DNA of 64,000 nucleotides from a bacterium (GCA_030427125.1 JAUHXF010000001.1:19091-83090); one strand, 5' to 3'; shown: positions 34,472 through 44,762, numbered from the stretch's first letter. Notes: a model not told the origin generated them from the sequence alone. Numbers and translations are program-made.

Positions 34472-35095
34472 ATGAGAATATTAGTGTTTGGCGATTCGAT
34501 TGCCTTCGGTGGATATGACACTAAGGGTGGATGGGTTGATCGAATAAAACATGTTTTTCTTGAGGAACATGTTAATGGAGCAGACAGGATTAATATTCTT
34601 AATTTTGGTATTGGTGGAGATACAAGTGAGTTCTTACTTCAGCGCATTGAGTCTACCGTACAGTCAGCAAGAATATCTGACAAAGATATACGATTCATAT
34701 TCTCGATAGGTGTAAACGATTCTAGGCTAAAACTGGAGGGAAATGAAAAAACACCTCAGACCTCTATTGATGACTATCGCAGAAATATACGTGAAATTCT
34801 CACGCTTTTTCGTAAATACTCAGATAAGATTTTGTGTGTTGGCCTCACAACAATAGACCCAAGTGTGGATGATGTGTACCCAAAGACATATGAATACTCG
34901 AGGGATAGAATTACTGAGTATGGTCAGGCTCTTGAGCAAATATGCGAACACGAAAATATTGCGTTTATTGAGGTGGTATCAAAAATAGCGGGTAAGCCCG
35001 AAATGTTCTTCCGCGACCATCTGCATTTGAGCGATGAAGGTCATCAGAAAATTGCAGAAATAGTGTTGCCAGCGGCAAGAAAACTAACCCAATAA
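34472..35095 (+). CDS. SGNH/GDSL hydrolase family protein
   Basis: RILVFGDSIAFGG (block I), GINDS (block III) and DHLHLS (block V). GGAAGGAG lies upstream as a Shine-Dalgarno sequence. Confidence 0.8.
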   Translation: MRILVFGDSIAFGGYDTKGGWVDRIKHVFLEEHVNGADRINILNFGIGGDTSEFLLQRIESTVQSARISDKDIRFIFSIGVNDSRLKLEGNEKTPQTSIDDYRRNIREILTLFRKYSDKILCVGLTTIDPSVDDVYPKTYEYSRDRITEYGQALEQICEHENIAFIEVVSKIAGKPEMFFRDHLHLSDEGHQKIAEIVLPAARKLTQ

Positions 35096-35098
35096 ATA

Positions 35099-35129
35099 AA
35101 CTCGCGAACCTGGGAAGAATTCGCGAGTT
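35099..35129. terminator. Hairpin between convergent genes
   Basis: 10-bp stem AACTCGCGAA/TTCGCGAGTT. A T-rich tract is present only on the minus-strand side. Confidence 0.5.
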
Positions 35130-35162
35130 ATGATTCTGTAAATACTTTGTGAGTTTTACGGA

Positions 35163-35762
35163 CTACGGAAGCAGTACTGCATCGATGATGTGTACGACAC
35201 CGTTAGAGGCAGTGACGTCAGCAGTTGTTACTTGAGCACGTCCGTCGTTCGCATCGACGAAGAATACTCCTTCATCAGTAATATCTACAGTAAGCGTGCC
35301 GCCTTGTACAGTTGTCACTTCTTGACCGTCACTTAGGTCTGAAGAGAGTACTGATCCGGATACGACATGATATGAAAGTATATCTGCTAGATCTTCTCGA
35401 GCAAGCAGTTCTTCTGCGGTGATATCGAGTGCTTCTAGCGCGTCTGCGAATGCATCATCAGTAGGCGCGAGGACTGTAAATGGTCCGTCGCCCGATAGTG
35501 TCTCCACGAGACCAGCAGTGGTAACAGCTGTTACGAGTGTGCTGAGTTCTGGGGTTGCTACAGCGAGGTCAACAATTGTTGGCTCTGTCTGCGCTTCTTC
35601 AGCTGGTGCTGGTTCTGATGCTGGTTGCTGTGCAACTTCTGATGTTGTTGTTTCTTCCTCGTCATCGTTCTGCGTAAGAGCATAGATGCCAATACCGCCA
35701 CCGATGAGCACGAGTACCGCAATGATTGCTGCGATAATTGATTTGTTATTGCCACTTTCCAT
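35163..35762 (-). CDS. Fasciclin (FAS1) domain protein, membrane-anchored
   Basis: FTVLAPTDDAF and NGVVHIIDAVLLP motifs. GGAGG lies upstream as a Shine-Dalgarno sequence. Confidence 0.85.
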   Translation of the reverse strand: MESGNNKSIIAAIIAVLVLIGGGIGIYALTQNDDEEETTTSEVAQQPASEPAPAEEAQTEPTIVDLAVATPELSTLVTAVTTAGLVETLSGDGPFTVLAPTDDAFADALEALDITAEELLAREDLADILSYHVVSGSVLSSDLSDGQEVTTVQGGTLTVDITDEGVFFVDANDGRAQVTTADVTASNGVVHIIDAVLLP

Positions 35763-35850
35763 TTTATACCTCCTTCAAGGTTTAATTAAGTGATACCTCA
35801 ATTCTTACATCTTGATTGTATAGTCAGTGAGTTTTTACGTAAAGCTAGTG

Positions 35851-36846
35851 TTAAGAGGGGAGGGTAATGGTTACGGTTGTGCCTTTACCGGATTGACTTT
35901 CAATCTCTCTCGATCCTCCGTAGGTGTTCAGAATTTTCTGCACGATAGCCAGTCCTAGGCCCGTGCCATGAATCTTGCCGGTATTGCTTGCACGGAAGAA
36001 TCGCTCACCGATGTGCTCGAGGTCTTTTTTCGGTATGCCGATACCGGTATCTCGAATCATAATCTCGATTGTGTGTTTCGATTTTTTCTGGGATATGAAT
36101 ACGACCGACTCTTCATGTGAGTATTTTACAGCGTTGCTGATGAGGTTACGGACTAACCGGACGTAGTCGCTAGCTGACATTGTCTTCATAATCTCACCAT
36201 CAGTCTCTAAAAGAAGTGCTACTTTCTTCTTAATTGCAATTGGCTGTACTTCCTCAACGACGTCACCTAACAATTCTGAAAGATTCAGCAACTCAGGCGC
36301 TTGTTTATTACGTTTTTCAAGGAACAGTAAGTCTTCATTTATTCCTATAAGCCGTTTCGTTTGGCGTCTGAAAGTTTTCACGAGTGTTGTATTCGATTTT
36401 GTCTGTTGAAGCGCAGCGGTCATTGCGGCTAATGGGTTGCGCAGTTCATGAGCTGCATCCTGCAAGAAACGTTCCTGCGATTCGTAGGCTTCACGAACTG
36501 GCTTCATGAGTTTGCGTGCTGCGAAAAATGCGATAATCGTACCGAGCGTCACGACAACAACAAATGTGATGGCCAAGCCTCGCGTTACACGTTCAGCCTC
36601 CTGCTCTTTAATAGAGCTGGCGAGTGTAACAAAATGCGCCTCGTACTCTTTCTGTTCCTCGAGATATTCCCCAAAAGCAGTATTATGATCAGCAGCTTTG
36701 TGTACTTCTTGAATATCGGCAGGGCTAGCAATCTCTCGGTTATTATACACTTGCAAAATGCCCCATGAAGCTGCAACAACGAACACGACAATAAATATAA
36801 TTGTTGCCACAAATTTTCTTGAAGTAGACCTTAGTAATTTCTCCAT
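35851..36846 (-). CDS. Sensor histidine kinase
   Basis: H-box AAHELRNPLA, N-box LISNAVKY, and G-boxes DTGIGI and GTGLGLAIV. Confidence 0.9.
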   Translation of the reverse strand: MEKLLRSTSRKFVATIIFIVVFVVAASWGILQVYNNREIASPADIQEVHKAADHNTAFGEYLEEQKEYEAHFVTLASSIKEQEAERVTRGLAITFVVVVTLGTIIAFFAARKLMKPVREAYESQERFLQDAAHELRNPLAAMTAALQQTKSNTTLVKTFRRQTKRLIGINEDLLFLEKRNKQAPELLNLSELLGDVVEEVQPIAIKKKVALLLETDGEIMKTMSASDYVRLVRNLISNAVKYSHEESVVFISQKKSKHTIEIMIRDTGIGIPKKDLEHIGERFFRASNTGKIHGTGLGLAIVQKILNTYGGSREIESQSGKGTTVTITLPS

Positions 36847-36849
36847 AAT

Positions 36850-37527
36850 CTACACCTCTACCGGGTCATTAAAAATATAGCCGACACCAGGAATTGTTCG
36901 TATAATTTGGAAATTTTTATCACCGAGCTTCTTGCGTAGGTTTGCAATATGAATACGAACTGGAGGATTCACCATATCTGGTTGGTCGCCCCAAGCATGC
37001 TCAATTAAATCATCGACAGGAACGAGCACGTGATTGTTTTTCATCAGAATTTCTAACATGCGAATCTCGAGTGTGGTGACTTCTACTTTCTTACTGTCAG
37101 CTTTGAACTCAAATGAATCGGGTGTGAGTTCGAAGCGTTTGGTTTTAATAATCCCTGAGCCTGAAGCGGCTTTCGTATGTGCATTGATACGCGCACGCAA
37201 CTCAAGCAAGTCAAACGGCTTCACCACATAATCAGTCAAACCGAGGTCAAAGCCTTTTACCTTATCAACTATGCCATCGCGAGCAGTCATGGCTATAAGC
37301 GGATACTGGTGCCCTTCGCTCCTCACGTATTCGATAAGATTAAAACCAGATTTTCCTGGTAGGTTAATATCGACGATCGCGATATCGAATGATTTCTCAT
37401 CGACCGCGTCGATACCATCTTCCGCACTAGCTACCGCTGTAGCAAGAAAACCTTCCTCACTCAAAAAATCCTTGAGTGACTCTCGCAGGTCTTGGTTGTC
37501 TTCAACGATAAGTATCCGCCGTGCCAT
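36850..37527 (-). CDS. OmpR-family response regulator
   Basis: Receiver domain (ILIVEDN, DIAIVDINLPG) plus winged helix (TIPGVGYIF). The start is ATG 37527 or GTG 37533. Confidence 0.9.
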   Translation of the reverse strand: MARRILIVEDNQDLRESLKDFLSEEGFLATAVASAEDGIDAVDEKSFDIAIVDINLPGKSGFNLIEYVRSEGHQYPLIAMTARDGIVDKVKGFDLGLTDYVVKPFDLLELRARINAHTKAASGSGIIKTKRFELTPDSFEFKADSKKVEVTTLEIRMLEILMKNNHVLVPVDDLIEHAWGDQPDMVNPPVRIHIANLRKKLGDKNFQIIRTIPGVGYIFNDPVEV

Positions 37528-37599
37528 GCGCACAATAGTACCTCTGTTTCTGTATACCCAGTGTATACTTGCATTAAGATAAAAGCTAACTTACGTACT

Positions 37600-38004
37600 A
37601 TGCACAATAGAATTAATCCTGAGCATGCCACTCCGCTACCGAGTGATACATTAGTTTCTAATCGAGTCTATGAATTTGATCCAACCAAAGAGGGGGTCGT
37701 ATTCCCTCATGAGGTTGCAGGCTTTGTCGACGGCCAGACGACTACATTTGCCGGCATAATAGTCCCGACGAAAGTAAGCATGGCATTTAATGCTATACGG
37801 GATCGGGCAAGCGACTTGGGATGCCTTGAAACGAGCATGAGTCCTATCCAGGCAACCTTATTGCGAGCAGCCCTCGAGAAGTATAGAGGACATGCACTGA
37901 ACCTTGTGAGGCTGTACCAACAAATATGTGACGTTCGCAACGTACGACCCGATACGGATGACAGGCTATCATTAATTGATTTAGCAAAGAAACTAAAGCA
38001 ATAG
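37600..38004 (+). CDS. Hypothetical protein
   Basis: 134 aa from ATG 37600. The longer ORF-track start at 37492 would overlap the response-regulator gene. No recognised motif. Confidence 0.4.
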   Translation: MHNRINPEHATPLPSDTLVSNRVYEFDPTKEGVVFPHEVAGFVDGQTTTFAGIIVPTKVSMAFNAIRDRASDLGCLETSMSPIQATLLRAALEKYRGHALNLVRLYQQICDVRNVRPDTDDRLSLIDLAKKLKQ

Positions 38005-38039
38005 TGCCAAAATTCGCTTGGTGGTAAAATAAGCATAAG

Positions 38040-40187
38040 ATGGTTGAGAAGAAGAAAAACAGCGACGAGCTCGACGAGCTTCAAAAAAGCATTGATTCTG
38101 CCGCCAAGGAAGCGACAAAAATTAAAGTTGATTTCAAAGATGAGTCAATCTCGGATAGTGAAGAGTCTGCGACACTGGACGAAGCTGAGAAGATTGACCT
38201 GAAAGAAGAAGATGAGCCAGCATCTGATTCAGAACTAGACGAGATGACTGAGGATGAAGATCACGAATTAACACAAGAAGAGCTAGAGAAAGAATTTGAA
38301 GACAGCCAAGAGCTAGAAGAAGTTGCTGAGGAGCCAAAGAAACAAGCAGGCCCGGCAGGCCCGTACCAGCCGGTCGTCCCTGAGTCAAGTTACGGAGAGG
38401 AAGACGCTGAAGCAGCGGTATTTGATGATGTCTCAATGGAAAGTGAAACAGAAGAGGTCCCTGAAGAAGAGAATAAAGATAGTGTAGACAACACAGAGCT
38501 TCAGGAAGAGCCTGAAGAAAAAGACTTAGACTCTGAGGTCGATAGTATGCTGAGCGTTGAGCAACAGCAGGCTCAGGCAGCAGCTGCAGGAGCAAGTGAA
38601 GAAAAGAAAAAGAAATCATTGTTTGGTAAGATAAAATATTTCTTCGTTCGTTGGTGGCGGAACAAAAAGGCTCGCTATGGAACGCTACTGTTACTATTCG
38701 CACTTTTCACGTTGACTGCTTTCGTGCCTGCTATGCGCTATGGTGCTCTTAACCTTGTCGGTGTGCGTGTGAGCACGTCTCTCACGATTGTAGACAGCCA
38801 AACGGGCTTGCCATTGAAGAATATACCTGTCACCCTTGCAGGTGTAGAAGCGCGAAGTGGTGAAGATGGGCTAGTCGAATTTACAGAGATGAAACTAGGT
38901 GATACGACTCTAGTGATAGACAAACTGGGGTATGCTAAACTCGAAAAAGAATTAACACTTGGATTCGGTAGCAATCCGCTTGGCCCTCAATCATTGTCTG
39001 CAACTGGTGAACAGTATCGATTCAGGCTCGTCGATTGGCTCAGTGATCAGCCAATTACTGAAGCTGAGGCACAGAGTGGCGAGGATATCGCACAGACTGA
39101 CGCAGAAGGACGGATTCAGTTGACGGTGGGTGAGCTTGATGAGCAAACTGTTGTCACAATTCGCGCAGAAGGCTACCGTGATGAAACTATTGGTGTCACT
39201 GAATTAAATGATGATGTGAATGCTATCTCGCTTGTACAAGGTAAAAAACATGCATTCGTCAGTAACCGCAACGGAGAGTACGATCTCTATAAAATTGATG
39301 TAGATGGACAGAACGAAGAAATACTTTTGCAGGCAACAGGCCAGGAGCGAGAGATTCCTTTTGTACTACCACATCAGACTCGAGATGAAATCGCATTTAT
39401 ATCCTCGCGTGATGGCGAGACAAATAAAGATAATTTCATTCTCGATGGTTTATTTATCATAAACACGCAGACTAATGATGTAGAGAAAGTAACTCGCTCA
39501 GAACAACTGCAACTTATCGGATGGATGGATAACAAGTTAATCTACGTTTCGGTTATTGAAGGTGTGAGTGCCGGCAACCCGCAACGTAGCAAGGTTATTA
39601 GTTTTGATTTAGAAACCAGAGAAAGAATTGAGTTGGCAAGTGCTAATTACTTTAATGATGTAAAGATCGTGAATGACTCAGTGTACTACTCGGTATCTAG
39701 CGCAGCAGTTCCTGCAAGTCGTGCAAAGCTTTATAGTATTAATTCTGACGGTACAAACAAGCAGTTAGTCGTCGACACACAAGTTTGGTCAATAGTGCGT
39801 GCTGATTATAATACTTTGTATTTCAATGCAATTGATCGTGAGTGGTATGAACAAGAAATTGGACAAGCACCACAGAAAATTGATACAGAACCAACTGACA
39901 CGCTTGGTAGAAAGTATGTTGACAATCCAAACGGCGAGAAATCAGTCTGGGTCGATATTCGTGACGGCAAGGGAGTTTTGATAGTATACGATACAAAGAC
40001 GGAAGAAGATTTGGTAGTGTTGACTGAGTCTGGTGTGACCAACCCGGTTCACTGGATAGGCAACGATGTCGTAATTTACCGGGTTGATACATCGGGAGAG
40101 ACAGCGGATTATATTCTGAATTTGGATGGCGGCGATCCGCAGAAGATATCTGATGTTGTTGGTAATCATTCCCGGTACTTCTTCTAG
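38040..40187 (+). CDS. Large membrane-anchored protein with acidic N-terminus, carboxypeptidase-regulatory-like domains and a TolB-like beta-propeller
   Basis: 715 aa. E/D-rich cytoplasmic head, one TM helix, CarboxypepD_reg-like blocks (LTIVDSQTGLPLKNIPVTL), then PD40-like repeats (SNRNGEYDLYKIDVDG, SSRDGE). Confidence 0.6.
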   Translation: MVEKKKNSDELDELQKSIDSAAKEATKIKVDFKDESISDSEESATLDEAEKIDLKEEDEPASDSELDEMTEDEDHELTQEELEKEFEDSQELEEVAEEPKKQAGPAGPYQPVVPESSYGEEDAEAAVFDDVSMESETEEVPEEENKDSVDNTELQEEPEEKDLDSEVDSMLSVEQQQAQAAAAGASEEKKKKSLFGKIKYFFVRWWRNKKARYGTLLLLFALFTLTAFVPAMRYGALNLVGVRVSTSLTIVDSQTGLPLKNIPVTLAGVEARSGEDGLVEFTEMKLGDTTLVIDKLGYAKLEKELTLGFGSNPLGPQSLSATGEQYRFRLVDWLSDQPITEAEAQSGEDIAQTDAEGRIQLTVGELDEQTVVTIRAEGYRDETIGVTELNDDVNAISLVQGKKHAFVSNRNGEYDLYKIDVDGQNEEILLQATGQEREIPFVLPHQTRDEIAFISSRDGETNKDNFILDGLFIINTQTNDVEKVTRSEQLQLIGWMDNKLIYVSVIEGVSAGNPQRSKVISFDLETRERIELASANYFNDVKIVNDSVYYSVSSAAVPASRAKLYSINSDGTNKQLVVDTQVWSIVRADYNTLYFNAIDREWYEQEIGQAPQKIDTEPTDTLGRKYVDNPNGEKSVWVDIRDGKGVLIVYDTKTEEDLVVLTESGVTNPVHWIGNDVVIYRVDTSGETADYILNLDGGDPQKISDVVGNHSRYFF

Positions 40188-40192
40188 AGAGA

Positions 40193-40198
40193 TACAAT
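40193..40198 (+). promoter_or_regulatory. -10 box (TACAAT) 6 nt upstream of ATG 40205; leaderless mRNA predicted
   Basis: TACAAT-ATATCT-ATG. Confidence 0.35.
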
Positions 40199-40204
40199 AT
40201 ATCT

Positions 40205-41008
40205 ATGACTCAAAACGAACAGGTTTTTGTGAAAGCTGTTTGGGAATATTTCAACCATCATTCGCGCCAGATGCCGTGGCGTGAACCCGAGAAAGATGGT
40301 ACGTATGATCCGTACAAAATTCTCGTCTCTGAGCTTATGCTGCAACAGACCCAGGTAGATCGAGTTATACCGAAATATAATGCCTTTATTAAAGCATTCC
40401 CAAATTGCAAAAAACTTGCAGCCTCATCCCTAGGAGACGTATTAACTTTATGGTCTGGATTGGGCTACAATCGACGGGCGAAGTATCTCCACGACATTGC
40501 AAAGCAACTCGCAGGCAATCCGTTTCCTCGTACAAAAGAAGAGCTGTCGTCTCTGAAAGGCATAGGTGAAAACACAGCGGCTGCCATTCTGACGTACTCG
40601 TTCAACGAACCGCATGTATTCATTGAGACAAATATCCGCACCGTACTCATACATCATTTTTATCCCGGTAAAGAGTATATTGACGACAAAGATTTGCGAA
40701 ATAAACTGCAAAAGATAGTAGACACAGAGAATCCGCGTGAGTTTATGTGGGGGCTAATGGATTACGGCACCTACCTTAAAAAACAAGGAATAAAAACTCA
40801 TACAAAAAGCAAACATTACACGAAACAGGCTGCTTTTAGAGGTTCAACGAGACAATTAAGAGGCGAAGTACTACGTAGAGCGCAAAAAAGGAGCATGCTT
40901 TCAGATATGCACAAAGAAATAAACGATTCGCGACTGGATTCTGTCGTTAAATCCTTAGTTGATGATGGGTTACTGCTGGTTTCTGATGGCCGCGTGGTAT
41001 TGCCATAA
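40205..41008 (+). CDS. MutY-like HhH-GPD DNA glycosylase lacking an obvious Fe-S cluster loop
   Basis: PWREPEKDGTYDPYKILVSELMLQQTQVDRVIPKY and LKGIGENTAAAIL (HhH). No C-x6-C-x2-C-x5-C motif follows. Confidence 0.7.
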   Translation: MTQNEQVFVKAVWEYFNHHSRQMPWREPEKDGTYDPYKILVSELMLQQTQVDRVIPKYNAFIKAFPNCKKLAASSLGDVLTLWSGLGYNRRAKYLHDIAKQLAGNPFPRTKEELSSLKGIGENTAAAILTYSFNEPHVFIETNIRTVLIHHFYPGKEYIDDKDLRNKLQKIVDTENPREFMWGLMDYGTYLKKQGIKTHTKSKHYTKQAAFRGSTRQLRGEVLRRAQKRSMLSDMHKEINDSRLDSVVKSLVDDGLLLVSDGRVVLP

Positions 41009-41059
41009 ACGGAATCATGGTACAATGACAAAAAGACTCATGAGAGGAGTGGGACGAGC

Positions 41060-41689
41060 ATGTTACTCGTAAAAATTTTTAAGCTAGGTATTGCTTTTTT
41101 AGTAGTTGCCGCTGCGCTGACGACGACCACAATGGCTCAGGAACTTGAAGAGACACCATCAATTGAGCGAAATCGCCTCTCAGAAGAAGGCAATGCAGAG
41201 CAGGAGAGAGAAACTCGCGTGCAGCAATATCGTGAACAGGCCACAGAAAAACTCTCAGAAATTCGACAGGAGCGTATACAGGGCCGATGTGAGGCAGCTC
41301 AAACACGACTACAAACTGTTCTAGAACAAGATAGGATTAAAGCCGATGCACGGATAGAAGCCCATACAAGAGTTACTACTGGTGTGCAGCGGGTGATTAA
41401 CGCAGTAGACGCTGCAGGTGTTGATTCAACTGCACTGCAGCAAATAAATGATGATTTACAGTCAAGATCTAATGAAGTGGTGTCAGCTCTAGGAACATAT
41501 GTGACGGCAATAGAAGACATTGTCTCGTTAGACTGTACAGCTGATGTTGCAGGCTTTCAGGCTGGGTTATCACTGGCACGGCAAGAGCGTGCAAGTTTAC
41601 GGACGCTCGCATCATCATTCCGTGAATATGTGAAAAACGACGTTAAAGCAGCAATGCAACAAATTAAAAGTGAATTAAGCACCGAATAA
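41060..41689 (+). CDS. Hypothetical secreted coiled-coil protein
   Basis: Signal peptide and Q/E/R-rich helices. GAGAGGAG lies upstream as a Shine-Dalgarno sequence. Confidence 0.5.
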   Translation: MLLVKIFKLGIAFLVVAAALTTTTMAQELEETPSIERNRLSEEGNAEQERETRVQQYREQATEKLSEIRQERIQGRCEAAQTRLQTVLEQDRIKADARIEAHTRVTTGVQRVINAVDAAGVDSTALQQINDDLQSRSNEVVSALGTYVTAIEDIVSLDCTADVAGFQAGLSLARQERASLRTLASSFREYVKNDVKAAMQQIKSELSTE

Positions 41690-41700
41690 GGGGGTGTAGC

Positions 41701-42546
41701 ATGGACGAAGAACAAAAACCGCAAGATGATTCAACACCTGAGGTGAATGAAGCCGCACCGCCAACTGATGCCGAACCAAAGCAACAAATAGAGGTTATTG
41801 TTGATGCACCACCAGAAGAATCTACAGCTGAAGCGACTGTAGCAGAAGATACTCCTACAGATGAGACAGCTACAAGCGAGCCCGCAAGTGAAGAACCGGC
41901 AAGCGAAAGTGCTGACGTAGTTACCGAGGCTCCTGCCGAGCCTACACAACCAGCTGAAGAAGTTGCTGCTATACCACCAGCACCTGTGGAGACACCTTCA
42001 GAGGCTCCAATGGAGAGTAATTCTGATGAATCTCAAGTTTCACAATCTGAGAGTCCTCCAGACGAGGCAGTGCCTGCTCCAGAATCTACCATAGCGTCAC
42101 ATGACGACTCATCTACGCCAGAAGAGCTAGCTATGGCGCCTGTTAAAGACGAGCCTACCGAAGAGAATAATCTGACAAATGCAGAGCCAGCGGCTGTAGG
42201 AGTTTCAGCCTCTCAAATGAAGAAGCAGAATAAAAACCCTCATAGGAACAATAAGACGTTTGCCGTTATTGTAACGTTTGTTGTCGCACTTTTGCTTGCC
42301 TCAATTGCAGTATTTGTGTACCTGAACACGGACAGCAACACACAAGAATCAACAGATAATAGTACAGCTAATGAAGCACAAACTGAGTCGTTGCCACCAG
42401 CTGAAGAACAGCCTGCTGAGCCAGTAGCACCAGCAACTCCAGAAACAGTCGACAACGCTATTGAAGAAGCCGAGCAAGCAGTAGATGGACTTAGCGACGA
42501 AGACTTCAACGACTCTGATTTGTCTGACGATTCATTAAATCTCTAG
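41701..42546 (+). CDS. Hypothetical P/E/A-rich membrane protein
   Basis: Low-complexity acidic regions flank a single TM helix. AAGGGGG lies upstream as a Shine-Dalgarno sequence. Confidence 0.5.
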   Translation: MDEEQKPQDDSTPEVNEAAPPTDAEPKQQIEVIVDAPPEESTAEATVAEDTPTDETATSEPASEEPASESADVVTEAPAEPTQPAEEVAAIPPAPVETPSEAPMESNSDESQVSQSESPPDEAVPAPESTIASHDDSSTPEELAMAPVKDEPTEENNLTNAEPAAVGVSASQMKKQNKNPHRNNKTFAVIVTFVVALLLASIAVFVYLNTDSNTQESTDNSTANEAQTESLPPAEEQPAEPVAPATPETVDNAIEEAEQAVDGLSDEDFNDSDLSDDSLNL

Positions 42547-42590
42547 AATTATTTCTCATTCTATCCTCTAAGCCAGTACTATAGATATAG

Positions 42591-43433
42591 ATGAGTATTG
42601 AAAGAGATATTTTTAAGAACGGCAGCACAACCTACTATTGGTCCAGTAAATTTTTCCCGAAAAAAGTCCGCGATGATGTATTCAAGCTATATTCATTCGT
42701 ACGTGTTGTAGATGATTATGTAGACAAACCGAAGCCAGACGTAGAGTCATTTAAATATATTGTCCATCGTTGGAAGACAGCGAAGAGAGATTTAGCCGGA
42801 TTCGATCCGCTGGATGATTCAATAGCAGAGCGTATTCTGCAAAATATTGTGTACATTGTGCATCGATTTAACTGTGATCCTGCGTGGGTCGATGCGTTTC
42901 TCGCCAGCATGCAGATGGATGTTAATAAACGACAATACAAGACCCTAGATGACACACTCGAGTATATTTACGGCTCAGCAGAAGTCATCGGTCTATTTAT
43001 GGTAAAGATTCTTGATCTGCCAGAAGAGTCACATGAGTTTGCAATGATGCAGGGTCGCGCCATGCAGTTTATTAATTTTATAAGAGATATTGACGAAGAT
43101 ATTGCTCTCGGTAGGCGCTATTTCCCGGACAAGGATTTAAAAGAATTTGGTTTGGAATCGTTAGTCAAGGACGAGGTTGAAAAAAACCCTGAAAAATTCC
43201 AGTCATTCATGAATCTGCAGCTGACTAGATATACAGAGTGGCAGTCTCAAGCAGACAAAGGCCTAGCGTACATTCCAAAACGACTGCGTGTTGCGGTTAA
43301 GACCGCAGTAGATGGTTACAACTGGACAGCCGAAGAAATCCATAAAAACCCAATGATAATCTACGAGAAAAAGGTGAAGCCAAGGAAACGACAGCTAGTG
43401 TTACGTGGTCTTGCTACTACAGTCAAAGATTAA
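42591..43433 (+). CDS. crtB: Phytoene synthase (squalene/phytoene synthase family)
   Basis: Aspartate-rich motifs VVDDYVD and RDIDEDIALGRRYFP, plus an N-terminal YYWSSKFFP block. Confidence 0.85.
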   Translation: MSIERDIFKNGSTTYYWSSKFFPKKVRDDVFKLYSFVRVVDDYVDKPKPDVESFKYIVHRWKTAKRDLAGFDPLDDSIAERILQNIVYIVHRFNCDPAWVDAFLASMQMDVNKRQYKTLDDTLEYIYGSAEVIGLFMVKILDLPEESHEFAMMQGRAMQFINFIRDIDEDIALGRRYFPDKDLKEFGLESLVKDEVEKNPEKFQSFMNLQLTRYTEWQSQADKGLAYIPKRLRVAVKTAVDGYNWTAEEIHKNPMIIYEKKVKPRKRQLVLRGLATTVKD

Positions 43434-43992
43434 GTTTTTCCTCTATCCAAGGAATAATATCTTCCGGAATGGCTTGGTCATCGTATATCGAAAACATCTT
43501 TCCGGACTTTTCAACATATTGTCTCTGGTCTACTAAGTCATTGATGTCTTTTTGGATCAGTTTTTTTCGTTTTTCAATTGTTTCAGGTGTATCACCACGG
43601 CTTTTCATGCGCGCAACAAGCAATTGCTCCCAGTCTTCCCGAGGCATCATGCCGATAATTAGTACATGATCGAGCTTTGAAAACTGCTCTGCCAGCCACG
43701 GCCAAATATTGACGAGTAAGTGCTTGCCCTTAGGCGTAATTGATTCTTCAGTGAATCCGTACCAATTTCCTCCAAATTCTTCTGCTACAATAAAATCGCC
43801 GTCCTTTCTCTTCTTCTCGAATTCTTCTTCACTCAGAAAAATCCTATCAGTGGCAATCTCGCCATCGCGGGGGAGGCGAGTCGTGTACAGTTTTGCTTGC
43901 TCGAATTCACCAGGATATCGTCTCATTAGCTCATCAGCAATAAATGTCTTGCCTACTGCAGAGGGCCCAGCGAACATAATAGTTCTATTCAT
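43423..43992 (-). CDS. Guanylate kinase-like P-loop kinase
   Basis: P-loop GPSAVGKT and TTRLPRDGE...F..EEF. The usual YGT is replaced by NWYGF. Confidence 0.6.
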   Translation of the reverse strand: MNRTIMFAGPSAVGKTFIADELMRRYPGEFEQAKLYTTRLPRDGEIATDRIFLSEEEFEKKRKDGDFIVAEEFGGNWYGFTEESITPKGKHLLVNIWPWLAEQFSKLDHVLIIGMMPREDWEQLLVARMKSRGDTPETIEKRKKLIQKDINDLVDQRQYVEKSGKMFSIYDDQAIPEDIIPWIEEKLNL

Positions 43993-44722
43993 GACTAGCT
44001 AAATCAAGTTGACTGAATCTTATATCAACCCAGTTGCCAGTATCAGTATCGAGTTCTGCTGGTAGCTGAATCGGGTCCCAACTAAGTTCTGCCATTGCTG
44101 GGTAATGTGCAGTGTAGTCGTTCAACCAGGTATCAAATGCAGATCGGTAATTACCGTTTTCTATCACTTGTCTCAAGCTTTGTATTGGCCTAAATAGTCC
44201 AGGCCTAGCTTCGTCCGAGTCTCTAGCATTCAAGGCAATATAGCTTGCCATAGCTGCATTAGCTCTAAGAGCTGAAACAATACCTAATGTACTGGGTATT
44301 GATCCATCATCGCTCATTTGCCAGTCTAGAACAGTAAATGGCTGGTTGCGAGTAATTAGAAGTCGTGCTTCATCAGGTGCTTCCCGAAGATCTAGTAGCT
44401 GTTCGTCAAGAAAGCACCTTACTAAACAAGACGCGATGTTTTCGATCTTTTGTAGTCTATTTCCTGTAAGATCAACCATTACAGTTTCTGATAATATTCC
44501 TACCTGGTGATCTGTCACTCCATTTTCGGCTCTAGCTTTATGCTCAACAGTAAAGACTCGACCTAATGGGTCTTCTATTGCAAAGCCATAGCCTATTTTG
44601 CCAAAACCATCTCGCTGTGCTTGCGCAATAGCAGCAATATCAAGCTTCGGAAACTGCTCACTCGTATTGATTAGTTCTGAGTAGACACCTAGATGTTCTG
44701 GAAGTGATAGTGAAGACGACAT
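43985..44722 (-). CDS. Hypothetical protein, overlapping and co-oriented with the kinase gene
   Basis: About 245 aa with no recognised motif. ATG 44722 lies 6 nt after a TATTAT box. The ORF-track TTG at 44737 is the alternative. Confidence 0.45.
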   Translation of the reverse strand: MSSSLSLPEHLGVYSELINTSEQFPKLDIAAIAQAQRDGFGKIGYGFAIEDPLGRVFTVEHKARAENGVTDHQVGILSETVMVDLTGNRLQKIENIASCLVRCFLDEQLLDLREAPDEARLLITRNQPFTVLDWQMSDDGSIPSTLGIVSALRANAAMASYIALNARDSDEARPGLFRPIQSLRQVIENGNYRSAFDTWLNDYTAHYPAMAELSWDPIQLPAELDTDTGNWVDIRFSQLDLASHE

Positions 44723-44762
44723 CCATATATAATACAATTAAAACAAAGAGATGCAAATAAGG

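Noticed and set aside
37311-37320. Fourth occurrence of GATACTGGTG, inside the response-regulator gene on the antisense strand
   Set aside because: It is not followed by an ATG and lies within a coding region. It is most likely a chance occurrence of a 10-mer rather than another leaderless promoter.
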